Positions 17,073-30,705 of a stretch of DNA of 64,000 nt are shown here, piece after piece. The position numbers were made by a program, and so were the translations under genes. Within the stretch, counting starts at the first letter, position 1. Each line of letters begins with the position of its first letter. This stretch comes from Bugula neritina (taxonomy: Eukaryota > Animalia > Bryozoa), in contig OZ037770.1 of assembly GCA_964035545.1 (NCBI GenBank), forward strand, positions 15,304,642 to 15,368,641. Reading direction: 5' to 3'. The notes under the pieces were generated by a model. It was not told where the DNA came from, did not search any database, and saw only the letters and a program-made list of their open reading frames with translations.

Positions 17073-20000
17073 ATGCGGTCTTTTTTAGCCTTTGTTCTTA
17101 GCATCCTTGTGGGCCAAGTGAAGACTCTCCCGACACCAACTTCGGTAAGTATTGGCTGTGAAAGCTTGTTAATATAAAATATAGCACTAGAAAAGCTGTC
17201 TTGTTTCTAAGCAACGTTATAGCTACCAAGCATATTTTTGCTATTTTACGTTTATATCACAAAAACCCTGAATAAAATGATACAATAGTATGTTGATAGC
17301 TTGGCAACACCTCATATAGCACCTGCATGCAAGCCTCTAAATTCTTAGCTTTTAGCTTTTTTTGTAAACAATACTGTAACACTTTTCAAAATTTTCCCTG
17401 CAGAACTTTTTACTTATATAAATAAAGTGGCTGTCATCAAAACTTGCTATAAGTTTATCATATCAGATGTTAGCAAGACTAGAATATATTTTCAAACAGC
17501 AGGTTCTGTGAGCAGAGAAAATAGAAATGTAACCACTTTGCATGATCACTGCAATATATCTGAATGGGGATATATTTTAAAGTTTGCATGTGGGCAAAAT
17601 ATAAGTATAAAGAGTACAATCATTAAATATTTCTTGATTAAGTAATTTGCAAAGTTAATTAAAAAGTTCAATGGTATTTCAAAAGTTCTTGTTAAAGATT
17701 TCAAACAGCAATTATGTTTTATGAATGATACAAAAGTGTGATTGCACAAAACAGTACTTCATAGATAAAATAATCCTAATCAGTTTCATATAAAATTATC
17801 TTTGATTTAATTCATCTCAACAACTTAATTGCTGTAATTAACTGTTACACAACAAATGGACAACTTGGTGAATGCCAGGTGATTGCAGGTGCTTGTTCTT
17901 GTGTAACATCTAATTAGAATAGTTATCTAGTGTTAATTGCGGGTAGTTACATTACTGAAATTTGTAATAACAGTTCACACAACAATTTTTTGTTGAACTT
18001 GAAACTTAACCTTGATGGCCTTAGCCTGTATAGCATCTAATCTTTTATTGGTTAGTCTTATTACAACTGACCTATCACTGACCAGCACTATTCAAACTGA
18101 GCCGTCATTGGCCACTTTGATTAAATTGTATTTTGATTTAAAATAGATTAGCAAAAGCTTCTTACCCTTTTGCAATAAAATTATTTTTGAAAAGTTATGC
18201 ATTCTGAAGAATTATAAGAAAATTTTTTCACAATAATGCCAAACATTTTCAAGATGATTTTTTTATTTTCAAGATATATGTGTAATTGATTTGGGATGTT
18301 TTGAAGTTGTGTCCTCGGAAGTTTAGTGACTATAACATAAACCACACAGCCTGCCTGGCACCTCGGGAGGGTGATGAGAAGCCCGTAACGGAAGGGGTTT
18401 CAGAGGAGAGCAAAATCTACATAGTGAATCTACATAATCACTACAGGAGTAAAGTGGAGAACTACAATGACCAGCCAGCTGCAACCAACATGCAGAAAAT
18501 GGTAGGAAATGCCCTGTCATGACGTAATAATGATTATTTGTAAATATTGTGCAGAATAGTTAAATATAAATATATAATCAAATAATATTTTGAATAATTT
18601 TACAGGGTATGATAAATCTAAATCTGCCAATATATTATATTTGAGATACTAAGTTAGTTAGGTTTGATTTTTATTCAATTCGATATTTAGATTTATTAAC
18701 TTCCAATTCCATTACTACTTTTAGTAGCCACATTATAATATATTCAACATATACATAGTATCCTACATTATATATTTTAATACAAAATATGCTATTCAAC
18801 TTAATATTATATAATTATATTTTGCAAAAAACTGCTAGTATATAGGCTATAAACCAAAAAATCAAATAAATATTGAAATTAAACAGAAAACATTTTTAAA
18901 CTTATGTAAAATATTTTCTTATGAATTTTGTTCATGAAAAAGATAATTTATTCGTAAAGTTTGTAAGAACATGTTTTGCAAAAACTTTTTATTAATAATT
19001 TAATAAAAATATTGATTATTATAAACAATAATCTAAGAATGACTCCACTTAACTGCTTTGTATGTCTAGTACTGGGACAATGAGCTGGCAATGATAGCGC
19101 AGAAGTGGGCGTCTCATTGCGTCTGGGAACATGACCACTCTGCCAACAGAGCCGTGCCCGGTAAGCTGTTCTACTGAATCGCATTAACTTTTTAGAATTT
19201 GCAACACATTTTCACACTTATTGCATATAATATTAGCTTATTATTGATTATAAAGTGTTGAGAATTGAAATAAAACCCTATTGAAACATTCCAATCTTGT
19301 AAATCTATATATAGCTAGAATATTATTCTTTTCAGCTTCCATGTATTAGCGATGGAATTTTATAAAATTATAAGTTGCAAGCCCATTTTATGAGTATATT
19401 AAATAAGAGGTGTAACATTTTTTCTTGCGTCACGTTTCAGGTCGTTATGCTGTTGGTCAAAACTTGGGCAGAGGTCATCAGGGATGGGGAACTGTGATTA
19501 GTCACTGGCAGTCAGAAGTTAACTATTTGACCTTTGGTAAGATCTTGGGCTATGAGAATATACATATATATGTAATTAGTTATTGTCTGCCCATTAGCTT
19601 AATGCAATTATTACTATCAGTATTGACTAATGACACAGCTAAACTGAGCTTTTGTGAGCATTGTTTACCGCTTTGTACAGCCTAGGTAAAAAGCTAAATC
19701 TAGAATATTAAATAGGACAATTTTTCATGAGAAGATAAATCATAAACAGGAAATGAGCAATTTCTAATTATTTATTTTGCAGTTGAATTAAATTTCTTTC
19801 AATTACAGAAAATGCTGACAAACTTACCACACATAAATATTAGCTACAAAGTCAGAGTGTGGTTCCAGCATTTTGATTTCAATGTTAGTTACAATTGATT
19901 TATACTATATAGGTCAAGGGAAAGACCCGAGCAAGCCTATTGGTCACTATACACAAATGGTGTGGGCGGAGTCTGCAAGGATAGGGTGTGGTTATGCTAG

Positions 20001-23000
20001 ATGTAACAGAACCCAGTCCTACTACGTGTGTAACTACGGCCCAACGTAAGTAGTGAATGAGTCACATTTTCATTTGAAAGTCTAATAAAATATATTTTAC
20101 TATATAAAAAGCTATTTCAAATCATATTGTAGAAATAGGTAACTGTAAATTTGAATTTAATATTATATAATTAAATTAAAATTTGAGTGTGTGAATATTA
20201 AACAGCTTGGGTGTATGATTACTACATTAATCAAATTTACAGCATCATGTAAATACAATATATGAATCTTAGTTAGAACAGACAATACAGAGAAAAGTAT
20301 TATTGTCAGAATTAAACCTGTCTCTAAGATTATTGAAAAGGTTGCAGATATAAGATATTATGTTTTAGTTTTACTGTATTGTAGAGGAAATATGCATAAC
20401 AGGAAGTTTAGTCCCTATGAAGCCGGCAGCAAGGCAGCTAGCTGTCCGTCTACAGCTGAATCTGGTCTGTGTGGTAAGTCTAGCAGCTGACTATATCTTT
20501 GGACAACTGACTCTCTGTATAATATCTTCACAGCATCTGTATAGCTATAGGCTCAATTTTCAGCTTCTTGCATGGATATATATTTACTCTTTATACACAT
20601 TATTCACATTAGTTTGTGAATCCTATAAGAAGAATTTCTTACTTAGATCAAGTTCTATATAAAAGCAGTAGGTAACTGAAACAAAACAACTTCTGTTTGC
20701 AAAATATTGAATATTGTCATTTTTCACTACACTCTGAGAGATATTGAAATTTAATAGGACTAAAATTGACATGCATGCAGGCCATATTATTTATGTTAAA
20801 TAGCTTACACTATATACGCTATAGTGCTGGACTATACACTATATAGTTGCAGTTCTCTGCTAGCTATGCTGCTTGCTGCAAGGGCTAATAGCTCTTGCTC
20901 TGTAAGCTTTATTTTAAAAACGTCAAATAATCAAATCTATTTCTTACAGATTGTAATGGAAAAGTTTGTCTAAATGGAGGGAAGCTGGATTTAAACACTT
21001 GTCAGTGTGATTGCCCGAGTAAACCGTGGATTAAACAGAGTGGTGATTGTTCACGTGAGTGTAGATACCAAGTGTTGCTGTTGGTGACAGCTATAGGGCT
21101 TGCCTAGTATTCATAAATATTAGTAACAGTTAGGGCTTGCCCAATATTTCAAAAATTATGATAAATTTATGTTTTATTTTGCACAGAACATGTTAGCTAC
21201 ATGGATAGCAAAAAAGTCAATACAAAAAAAACTGTAGCCATTTATAGCTGAAAGTTGCATGTTCATTGCCTTTTCTCTAAAAGCTTGAATGGCAACCTAA
21301 TGGTACAATACAACACATGATTGTACTACAGTATTCACCAATTTGAGTAGCAGTTAGAATTTGGCCAGTAATTATAAATACTTGCAATGGGTAAAGTTAA
21401 GGCAGGGCTGGAGTTGAGTGTTAACATATTATATGTTAGATGTCAACTATTAGCTAAATAGGTCAACATATTATCTTGCTGACACATAACCTTGCTGACA
21501 CATAAACTTGTTGACACATAAAATTGCTGACACATAAGCTTGTTGACACATAAGCTTGCTAACACATAAACTTGCTGACACATAAAATTGTCTACACATA
21601 AACTTGCTGATACATAAACATGCTGATACATAAACTTGCTGATACATAAACTTGCTGACACATAAACTTACTGACACATAAACTTGCTGACACATAAACT
21701 TACTAACACACAATCTTGTTGACAGTTGACTGCAGCAAAGCTGAGGATTCCTTTGCCTGCGCAACTAAAGGAGGAAACTGGGGATTGAAGGAGTGTGGCT
21801 TGTACGTTAATATACCTCATGAATACTGTCCAATCATGTGCAGGCTCTGTCCAGGTAAGATAATACTGTCCAATCCTGTGCCGGCTCTGTTCAAGTAATA
21901 TAATACTGTCCAATCATGTGCCGGCTCTGTTCAAGTAATATAATACTGTCCAATCATGTGCCGGCTCTGTTCAAGTAATATAATACTGTCCAATCATGTG
22001 CCGGCTCTGTCCAGATAAGACAAATACAATCAAATGATTTTTAATTATAAGACTGTTCTAGTGACCCTGTGTAAAGGCGACTGAAACTGATATAAAAATG
22101 ACACATTTGTTGACATAATAAAATAGTTTGAATTTGATTTTACTTTTAGCTGCAATTGTTCGCTATTGTTTCTCCGTTTTATCTATATTCTATTGAAATC
22201 CAGTTCACATTATATATCATTAAGCTATAATTGCTAAGGTCATATTAACAGAGAAGACAACTCTATAATGTTGCAGATCCAAGCGTATCAGAAATTTCTC
22301 CAACTTCAACAACTTCTGGTGCAGATCTTTTAGAGAAGGAGAGTTCAAAGTCTGAAACTACTGATACACCATTACAGCTGCCGTCCAAGTTTCCCTTCGG
22401 TTCTTCTGTGAGTATTTCTGTATTTCTGGGTCAACCTATTGCACAATCTACATTAAGTACTGTCTTCTTTTGACAAAATAATAAAACTTACCATTATTAG
22501 AAGTAAAATATTTGAACAATGCACAGCACTTATGCACAAATTGATAGAGCAATGCTCTTTTGAAAATACAACACGCAGGACACCCATAAGAGGTAAAAAA
22601 TGGGTCATTTGATTTATAAAATCTACACGACTTGAATTAATTTGAAAATATCTTCAGCCAATGCAGAGTAAATATTACATCTGGAATATTAAAGACAAAT
22701 TTTGAAACTGCTAAGTTTTTTATTTTCTAACTTTAAATAATTTATGCTGAAACAATCCGAAGTATTGTTAGACTGCAATAGGCTGCCGACATACGAGATC
22801 ACTTTACAACGAAACACTATTATTTTGCAAAGCAGCTGTAATTATAGCAGTGCTATGCAAAAGTTTATATTAAAATTGTCAAAATACTTGTGTGAATTTC
22901 TATATCACAAGTTAGCTTTATTGTTAACATAAATATTTAAACACACTGTATGTTGTAAAATCTTTTTAGCAAGCTATGCAACCTTCACTAATTACCTTTA

Positions 23001-24496
23001 TGTGTAAATCTCGTTGCGCAGACTTTTAATCAGTTGATCACGATTTGATATATTATACATTCTAATACAGAACGACACTTGGTGGGACTCGGTACTGGAT
23101 GGTAACGGTGGCCATAGAAACACAGCACCTGCTCCAGTCTCTAGTACTAACAAACCAACCACCACAGAGAAGACGAATCCTACTGAATCAACAGCCGCAG
23201 GTTGAAAAACCGTGTTATACCTTAAAGATCATTCTGATTGGCTAAAGCTTTTTTACCTTGTTATCTGTTTAAGTTATTTCAATATCTTACTGAAAATGTG
23301 TTTAGAGAAAAAGTCCACTTAAGTCATTTTCTTAAACTTAACATTATATTCAGATCATTGTATATAGTATGTGGTCCATATCTTTGTCTAACTGTGTAGA
23401 TGGGCTGCCAGTGTGTACCACCCCAGTTGAACAAGCAAAATGTGGACAACCTAGTGCTAAAGGCTACTTTGATCCAAAATACTGTAATGTTGGGCTGGAC
23501 CATTACTGCCCCGGCCTATGTGGTAAATGCAAAGGTATGCCCCATGCTAATTTATTATGTATACATAGAATAATTTATATGGCTCATTGTTTTATATCAT
23601 GTAATTTTTACTATAATGCATGCATAATCCATTATACATAACAACAGTTTTGAAATGCTATGTCATATGGTATATTCTCGTGATATTGTTATTTATTACT
23701 CTATAGTTTCGATGATTGGAACTTTTAATTTAATATTCTTCATTATATTTTACTTTATATGCAGTGTTTAATTAAATATAAGAGTATTTTTTTTCGAATT
23801 CATGTCACCTATATTTTCACATCAAAGTATAAAGTATATAGTTTCAATTGAGTTGCATAGTGAATTGAGATTTGGCATCTTAATTTTTTTTATAAATATC
23901 TGGTCATTATGATAATCACTCTCAGTCCTTTCTTTATAAATTCTGGTGCCAACCAAAAACTGAATTACTTTAGCGTGATTTGATTAATTTAAAAAAAATA
24001 ATTACGCTGTTTTTATAAATTGTCTTTACAGTTTCAATACAGTATTTAAAATTCTTAAATTTAAAGTGAACTGAAGTAATAACTTGATAATTTGTTTGTA
24101 TGTTACAGTGACTTCTTGCGTAGACTATGAGAACAATAGTTATGAGCTAGGAGAGCACTGGATGACAGAGTATGGCAAGTTGACATGCACAGCAGGTGGT
24201 GTGAGTGTAGAGAGAGGTAAATTATTACCCTGCATGCATGGATAAAAATTAAGTTGCAAGAATGATGATTTAAACTTTGATTTTCTTTAATGAATGACTG
24301 TTGGAGATTCAAAAGCTGTTCCACAGTGTTACTGTAATTGTTAGGATGCCACATAGAAAAGGCGGGAGTTGTCATATCAGAATACGAGGAATACACCTAT
24401 CTCGATGCTAATATTCGCTGGCAGTGCGTATGTAGTGCAGGGTACTCGCTCTCCTGTAAAGGAGTTTGGACACCTGCTAACCGACGCAGACTCTGA
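17073..24496 (+). CDS. Secreted CAP/CRISP-superfamily protein, SP-CAP-hinge-EGF-ShKT-S/T linker-ShKT-FN1/VWC-like tail (~521 aa, 13 exons)
   Basis: Exons 17073-17144, 18307-18501, 19070-19160, 19441-19536, 19913-20045, 20385-20473, 20950-21054, 21726-21854, 22277-22407, 23071-23200, 23400-23534, 24109-24216, 24345-24496 give 1566 nt of open frame. CAP motifs: [44 protein letters not shown]: [16 protein letters not shown]. ShKT ends: CPIMCRLC and CPGLCGKC. Confidence 0.9.
21474..21712. repeat. Short-period (~16-bp) intronic minisatellite (CTTGCTGACACATAAA)
   Basis: Direct inspection. Confidence 0.9.
21822..22020. repeat. Five 40-bp tandem copies spanning the ShKT exon end and splice donor
   Basis: AATACTGTCCAATCATGTG... 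starts at 21822, 21862, 21902, 21942 and 21982. Confidence 0.95.
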
Positions 24497-25431
24497 AACT
24501 TCTGCAAGCACTTGCTTGAGATTCCCGTTCTTCTAACTATAACTTTCCAATCACCTACCCACCTACTCAAACCTTGTTTTGTCTGGAAATCAGTTCTCGT
24601 GATTTCCTAGTCTATCAACAATGCAAGCTAGCAGTCACTTGCTGACAAAGCACCTTGGACACCTGCCAGATCTTTTCAAACTCTGCAGCTAAGCAACCAG
24701 CTGTAATAACAAGATGCTTTACCAACCTTTAGAGACTTGCAGTTTTTGTTTGTCAATTTAACTTGACTGAACTATCATAGCTATGATTTCATAATGTATT
24801 TATTTTTGTTCGATAACTACAGCAAACTTGTTTTTATATACCTACATATATCTGATTTTTAATATCTTAATTTAACCCAACATAGATCTGTATATTATAT
24901 CATTGATCTCCAACAAATTTAATATATTTTTACAAATAAATTTTAGTATAATGCTTTATAGAGGGCATGCAGAAACATTTTTATTACAATTACATCAAAA
25001 AAGCTAAATGTGCATTCAATTTGTTTGGTTTAGTTTTAACAATCTTCAAATTTTAAGTTTATAAAGTTACTCAAAGCTTCAAAGAGCAAAAAAGTTGACA
25101 CGAATAGTATTTATTTAGAAAACAAAAGCCATAATAGGGGTGAAATATCAAAAAGGTAGAAGACTTAGAAGGCAAATGCACTCAAGGTGTGTATATCAGA
25201 AGTTTAGAAGCAATATGGTGCTAGAAATATAACTTCAGATAAATATTATATATACAAAATATCTTCGGCACCTTTCATTAGATAACGAAGTAAAACAAAC
25301 AGACATCCTTGGCAGAAAGATATATGATCGAAAGAAATATGTATAAAAATGTTTTACAATCAAAATATCAATTAAAATTTCTTTATCTTAAAAAAATATA
25401 AAGTATGATGAATCTCACGGCGAGCTGGTGA

Positions 25432-28400
25432 TCACATGGGGGTAGAGTCGGAGGCACCAGCTGGCAGCTGGGAGAACCCGTTGTTTACATTCCCGTCCTT
25501 CTCGGGGTACTCCGGAGGATCTTGGTAACTCGTCTCCTCCATTTCCTGACCGTCTGAATGTGAGTCGAGCTCTCCAACCGAATAGTGGTTTACAATTCCG
25601 GCACCAATAGAATCTCCCAGCACATTGATCATTGTTCTGAATCGGTCTCTGAAACAAGAATTCATATCCAACCATTTAGAAAAAATAGCATTAAAGCAAT
25701 AAACTCATGAAATTGATTGCTTTAATTAAAAATAAGGCCTTTAAAATTGCAGTTCCCCTCTATTCATACTATTTCAGCATTTCATAGTATAACTTCCTGT
25801 GAACATCAATGATGCTGACACGAACCAATCAACAGTCCTGATACAACCAGCAAATAAATAATAATATGAGTGCATATACTATCTGCAACTACCAATCAGC
25901 AGAAGCGAGTGGTAAAAGGAACCAATCAGAAGTAAGAATACTCACAGGAACCAATCAACAGCAATGATATATGCCACATCATCATCAGGGAGCCCGACTG
26001 CATTCAGGACAATTATCATTGTGATTAGACCAGCAGAAGGCACCCCAGCTGCTCCGATAGACGCTATAGTCGCTGTTATACTAGAAAATAAAATTAGACG
26101 ATTCAAGTATGTAAATCTTTTTCTATATCATTACTTTTAATTCTCTGCTTGAAGAGAAAGATAAAAAACTCTAAAGAAATCTATATCACTTTGAAATCAA
26201 ATGAAATAAATGTCAAGCTTTCTGAAATATTAAAATTAATATTAAATTTGTTAGATTTCTTTTTTGATTAACCGAACACTTATTTATATTAAAAAACATA
26301 GTAATAAAAAATAAAACTAGTACACCAGGGTTTTGTCAACTGTAGAATAAATGAACTACGAAGGCATTCTGTGTAGCGTAGTGACAATTCAAAGTTGTAA
26401 GGTTTTCGTTCACATACAAGCGCTTCATTGTAGCAAAACTCTGAATTATGAGTTGCGTTACCTTGTTACAATGATGTCTCCAGCTGTCATTGGTTTGTTA
26501 TTAAGTTGAGCTATAAACAGGGCAGCAACTGCCTCATATAAAGCTGTACCGTCCATGTTGATAGTCGCTCCAACAGGGATGACAAAACTGGCTACTCTCT
26601 TGTCAATCTTGTTCCGCTCTTCTAAGCATCTCATAGTCACTGGCATCGTGGCCGAACTACAAAAATATCATGACCGAACTACAAAAATATCATGACTTCC
26701 TGGTATACCGTAGCTGTTTGACACAAACATACACATTTAGCTTTTAAATAGGTTTGATAAATACTGCTTTTCATTTACTCATTGTGAATGGCTTGTGGCA
26801 TCTTCATCAACAGTTGCAACTTTATTAAAAAGACATATTTTTTATGATTTTATGCACTTCCAAAAGCAATACTGTATCTGCTATAGATTTAGCTGCAGTT
26901 AACACTTGATGAATTTTCTGCAGTTTGATATTTATACCTGGATGAGGTGGCGAAAGCGGTGACCATAGCTTGGATGATGCCATAAATGAAGATGAATGGG
27001 TTCTTCCTGACAAAGATGAAGTAGATGAGAGGGACGACGATGAGTCCGTGAATAGCCAGCCCTACCAGCACTGTTAACATGTAGAACCCAAGGCTAGATA
27101 GAACACCGCCAAGGTCATCGATGTCTACCAACTTAGCTGCGATCAGGAAACATACACCGATAGGAGAATACCTGCAAATCAAGTGTAGAGGTCAAAAGAA
27201 GATGCTATGATAGAGCTATTTTTATTATTCTCACATCTTTAGCTGCAAAGTTTTTATTTATGAATTCTAATTAAAACAAGTAGTGTTAAATTTATAACAA
27301 GTCATTTGCAATGAAACTTTTTACAAAAAAACAATTTGTTTATTATTTATATATAATTTTTCACATATATAATGAAAAATATTTTTGTAGATTTGATGCA
27401 TTTTTCTCTCTGTTTATTGGGCTTGTGAGTTGATAATAGGTTAATAATTAAAATCAATGATATATATTAATATATTAATATATACATTAACATATAATAT
27501 AGTACACTAAGGGCTAATCAATTTTCTATGACTAAGCATAGGGAAGCATTGTGAATGTTTTAGTAATATAAGTTTTCACAAAAACTAAAAATAGTATTTA
27601 AACTTACCAAATAATCAGATTGACAATTTTCATAGAGACTTCACTGAGACAGTTGAAGAAGTCTTTGAGAGGTTTCCCATCATCTCCCATTGCTCCTAGG
27701 ATTATCCCAAAGGCTATCGAGAAAACTAGAATGCCGAGAATATTGACTCCGCTTTTCGTGTTGACGTGGATCGTGTAGTACATCGTGTCGTTAGGATTGT
27801 CTGCAACATTTCAGTAATCAAATAAATTAAACAAGTATAGTCTAAAAGTGTTAGTTTCTAACTAGTTTCATGAAGATAGTAATTTTACTCATCTGTTTTA
27901 AAGAAATAGTTACTTAACAAAGTTTAACAGAAAATCATGAAAAGATGATGCAACACAATGTGATTAAAACTGAACCAGATAAGATACCATTAAAGCATCA
28001 AAAAAAAAATTTCTGCTATATCCTAATGATAAGCAAATGAGTTTGGTATAAAGAGAACACAATTCCAAACCTTTGTATCGTTTGACAATTTTGTGAGTCA
28101 AGTTGCAAATGCCGGGCCGTTCAGGTCCGGGAGCGCAATCAATGTGACCGTACTCTGTTATGACTTGTTCAAATGATGAGGTGACCAAGTTGTCCGGGAA
28201 TACCGATCTACATTCAAACAGAGCAGAAGAAACCTTGAGCGAATGAAAATAGTTTACTTGTACAATATAGAAGTATAAATTAAATTTTGTTTGTGCTTTG
28301 CAGACTATAAATTAGAAGGAATACTTTTAAAAGTTTTATTTTAATTTCTCATCAGCAACTTGTCGATAACTTTAAACGACATGTTAGAAACTAATGTCAA

Positions 28401-29651
28401 ACGGTACACGGCTGGTGTGACATTTAGTGTACACAAGCCAGCCAATCATAAGTAGGTAGAGCTCACCTGACAAGGTCTAGGATTTTATCAGAAGTAACGA
28501 CTAGGTCAGGGGTTCCTGTGGACTCCGTTAAATCATCTTTACTAAATCTATTTCCTGGTTTGATGGCCGACACCAAAATAATTCCTGCAAGAAATTATCA
28601 TCAGCAGTTTGAAAACAAAGTCAAATTAAAGACCATTGCCACAAACAAATTGTTTTGTTATTAAAGCCGTTTCAAAGATAACGAGTTTGTAAACTCACCA
28701 AGTACGACTGCTAGAAAAGTAGTAGACATGTAGTACAAGACCGCTCTGCCGCCCATTCTTCCGCTAGATTTCATTTCAAGGTTTGCCAGTCCAGAAATCA
28801 GACTAGACACGATGAGGGGCAGAATCATCATTTTCAGCATTCTCATCAACAGGTCTCCGGGAAATCCCAAGAACATAATCTAGAAAGAGAAAACTAGGAT
28901 GAGAGCAATTGGTGTGCACATGAGGTAAAAGGAGAATACTGGGATGGGAGCAATGCTTAGAAACATGGGGTAAAATGAGGAGCATGGCATGAGAGCAATG
29001 CTTATAAATCTGAACTAGAAAGAGAAAAACTGGAATGGGAGTATAATGCTTATAAAGTTCAAAGAAATTTTCAAAACTGAAGTAGAAAAGCTGTTGAAGA
29101 ACTGCGTCAAAGTCTGTGAGTTTGCCAATGCATCACGACTAACACATGCAGACATTTAAACTAAAGATATATATCTGTCTCCAACAGGCACAAAATTTGT
29201 AAGCTAAAATTCAACAACTTATCACCATGAGATTGATTGTTGATAGCAACCATAAGAACAACGTAGCAACACATATTTACAATATATACAAGTGATAGCA
29301 CTAACACCCTTTTTATCAGTGAGTTATGAAAGAATTGCCTATGCTAGTAAACTAAAAACGAAACTGTGTGTTGAATTTATCCTAGTGAATAAGCTATTGC
29401 ATTTAGCCTTTGTTTTATATGCAAACTTCAAGAGTTTTTCTTACCTGCTGAGCATCTAGTTTCGGAGTTACCCCTCGGACTAGTAGACCAATCATTACCC
29501 CAAAACCCATGAAAATGACGAGCAGAACCAACAGCACATTCTCCTTGTGGTCCTTTAGCCATTTCCAAACTTTGCTGCAACATGGGTTACACTTAGCTTT
29601 GCAAGAATTGGTTGACTCCATAGCTCTCTTTTTAGCTTGGTCTCTCACTCG
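25432..29651 (-). CDS. SLC1A: Excitatory amino acid (glutamate/aspartate) transporter, SLC1A family; exons 29651-29445, 28879-28699, 28584-28467, 28207-28071, 27800-27608, 27171-26938, 26656-26462, 26080-25946, 25648-25432
   Basis: Motifs [65 protein letters not shown] and [18 protein letters not shown]; the Arg in DRFRT is the acidic-substrate signature. A possible 12-nt first coding exon MFKE lies at 30387-30376. Confidence 0.96.
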
Positions 29652-30510
29652 CTGAAAGTATACACCAAGAAGCTATAATGTGAAGATGATTGAATCAGTA
29701 ATAGTTTTAGTGGACTACAGGCTCAAAAACAGCAAAGTCTTTACCCATCTTTCACCTTATCACCTGAAAACCACCACTTTGAGTGGTAATTGCAGCATAA
29801 AACTAAATAAAGGTTTTGCAAATTGGTTTTGAAGTCAGAAAGTTACGTAATTTAATAAAATATTTTAGTAGACATCACAATAAATGATCAGTCTGTCAAG
29901 TATAATGATTCCTACTAAGATAAACATGTGAGATCACAAGCCAACTGCTACAAAATATGTGAAGAGTTACTTGCCCTTATAAAAAAGATGTGCCAGTTAC
30001 ACTTTTTCTTTCTTTAAAAACTACCAACAAACCTTTATTGTCGTTAGAGTGCAAAGGAACAACTGACAATAACAGCTATGGGATTTATAAGCAGTACATA
30101 GCTAAGCAACAATGAACATGCATGTTTGGTGGTAATATGTTGGGTGTGGAAGCTGGGAATACTTGACATGCATGGAGTATGAATATAAGTAGCAGTGTAT
30201 TTAGTTGAGTAAACAAAAAGCAAACAAATAATTATATCATTTTCTCAAATAGTCTTGCAAATAAAATATTATTATTGTTGGTTTTGTTGGTATCAACTTT
30301 TCTGTTTTGGAGTTATTCACTCCACAAAATATAAATTATACTTTTGAATAAATGCATTATCTTATCCTGTCTCACTTCCTTGAACATCAACAAATAATCT
30401 CTAATTAATCTACTAATAACATTGCGTCACAAGTCTGATTGGGCTTGTGATATCACAAAGCAAATATTATTTACCATTTCACCACTCAGCTTTCTCTCAA
30501 GTGTTAGATA

Positions 30511-30705
30511 GGGAGACAGTAGCAGTAGTTGGAAGGTAGAGCACTGGCTTAGTAATTACAATGTTAGGGGACCTATGCTCAGTAGAAGCCATTGGTGAAA
30601 ATTGGAAAGGCATTCAGTCATAATTGCTCGTTTGCAACAATAGTGAAAAAATCCTCACTCTTTCCATTGTGGGTTCTTCAAAGGCGGCACTATAAACCCA
30701 TAGCT
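30511..30705 (+). mobile_element. Diverged tRNA-derived SINE related to the 9227 element
   Basis: Shares the core CATTGGTGA...GGAAA(G)GCAT(C/T)CAGTCATAATTGCTC. Degenerate tRNA-like head. Followed by a poly-G run. Confidence 0.55.

Noticed and set aside
21822-22020. CRISPR-like regular array (also 55088-55356)
   Set aside because: Contiguous tandem units without unique spacers, in eukaryotic introns, with no cas genes.
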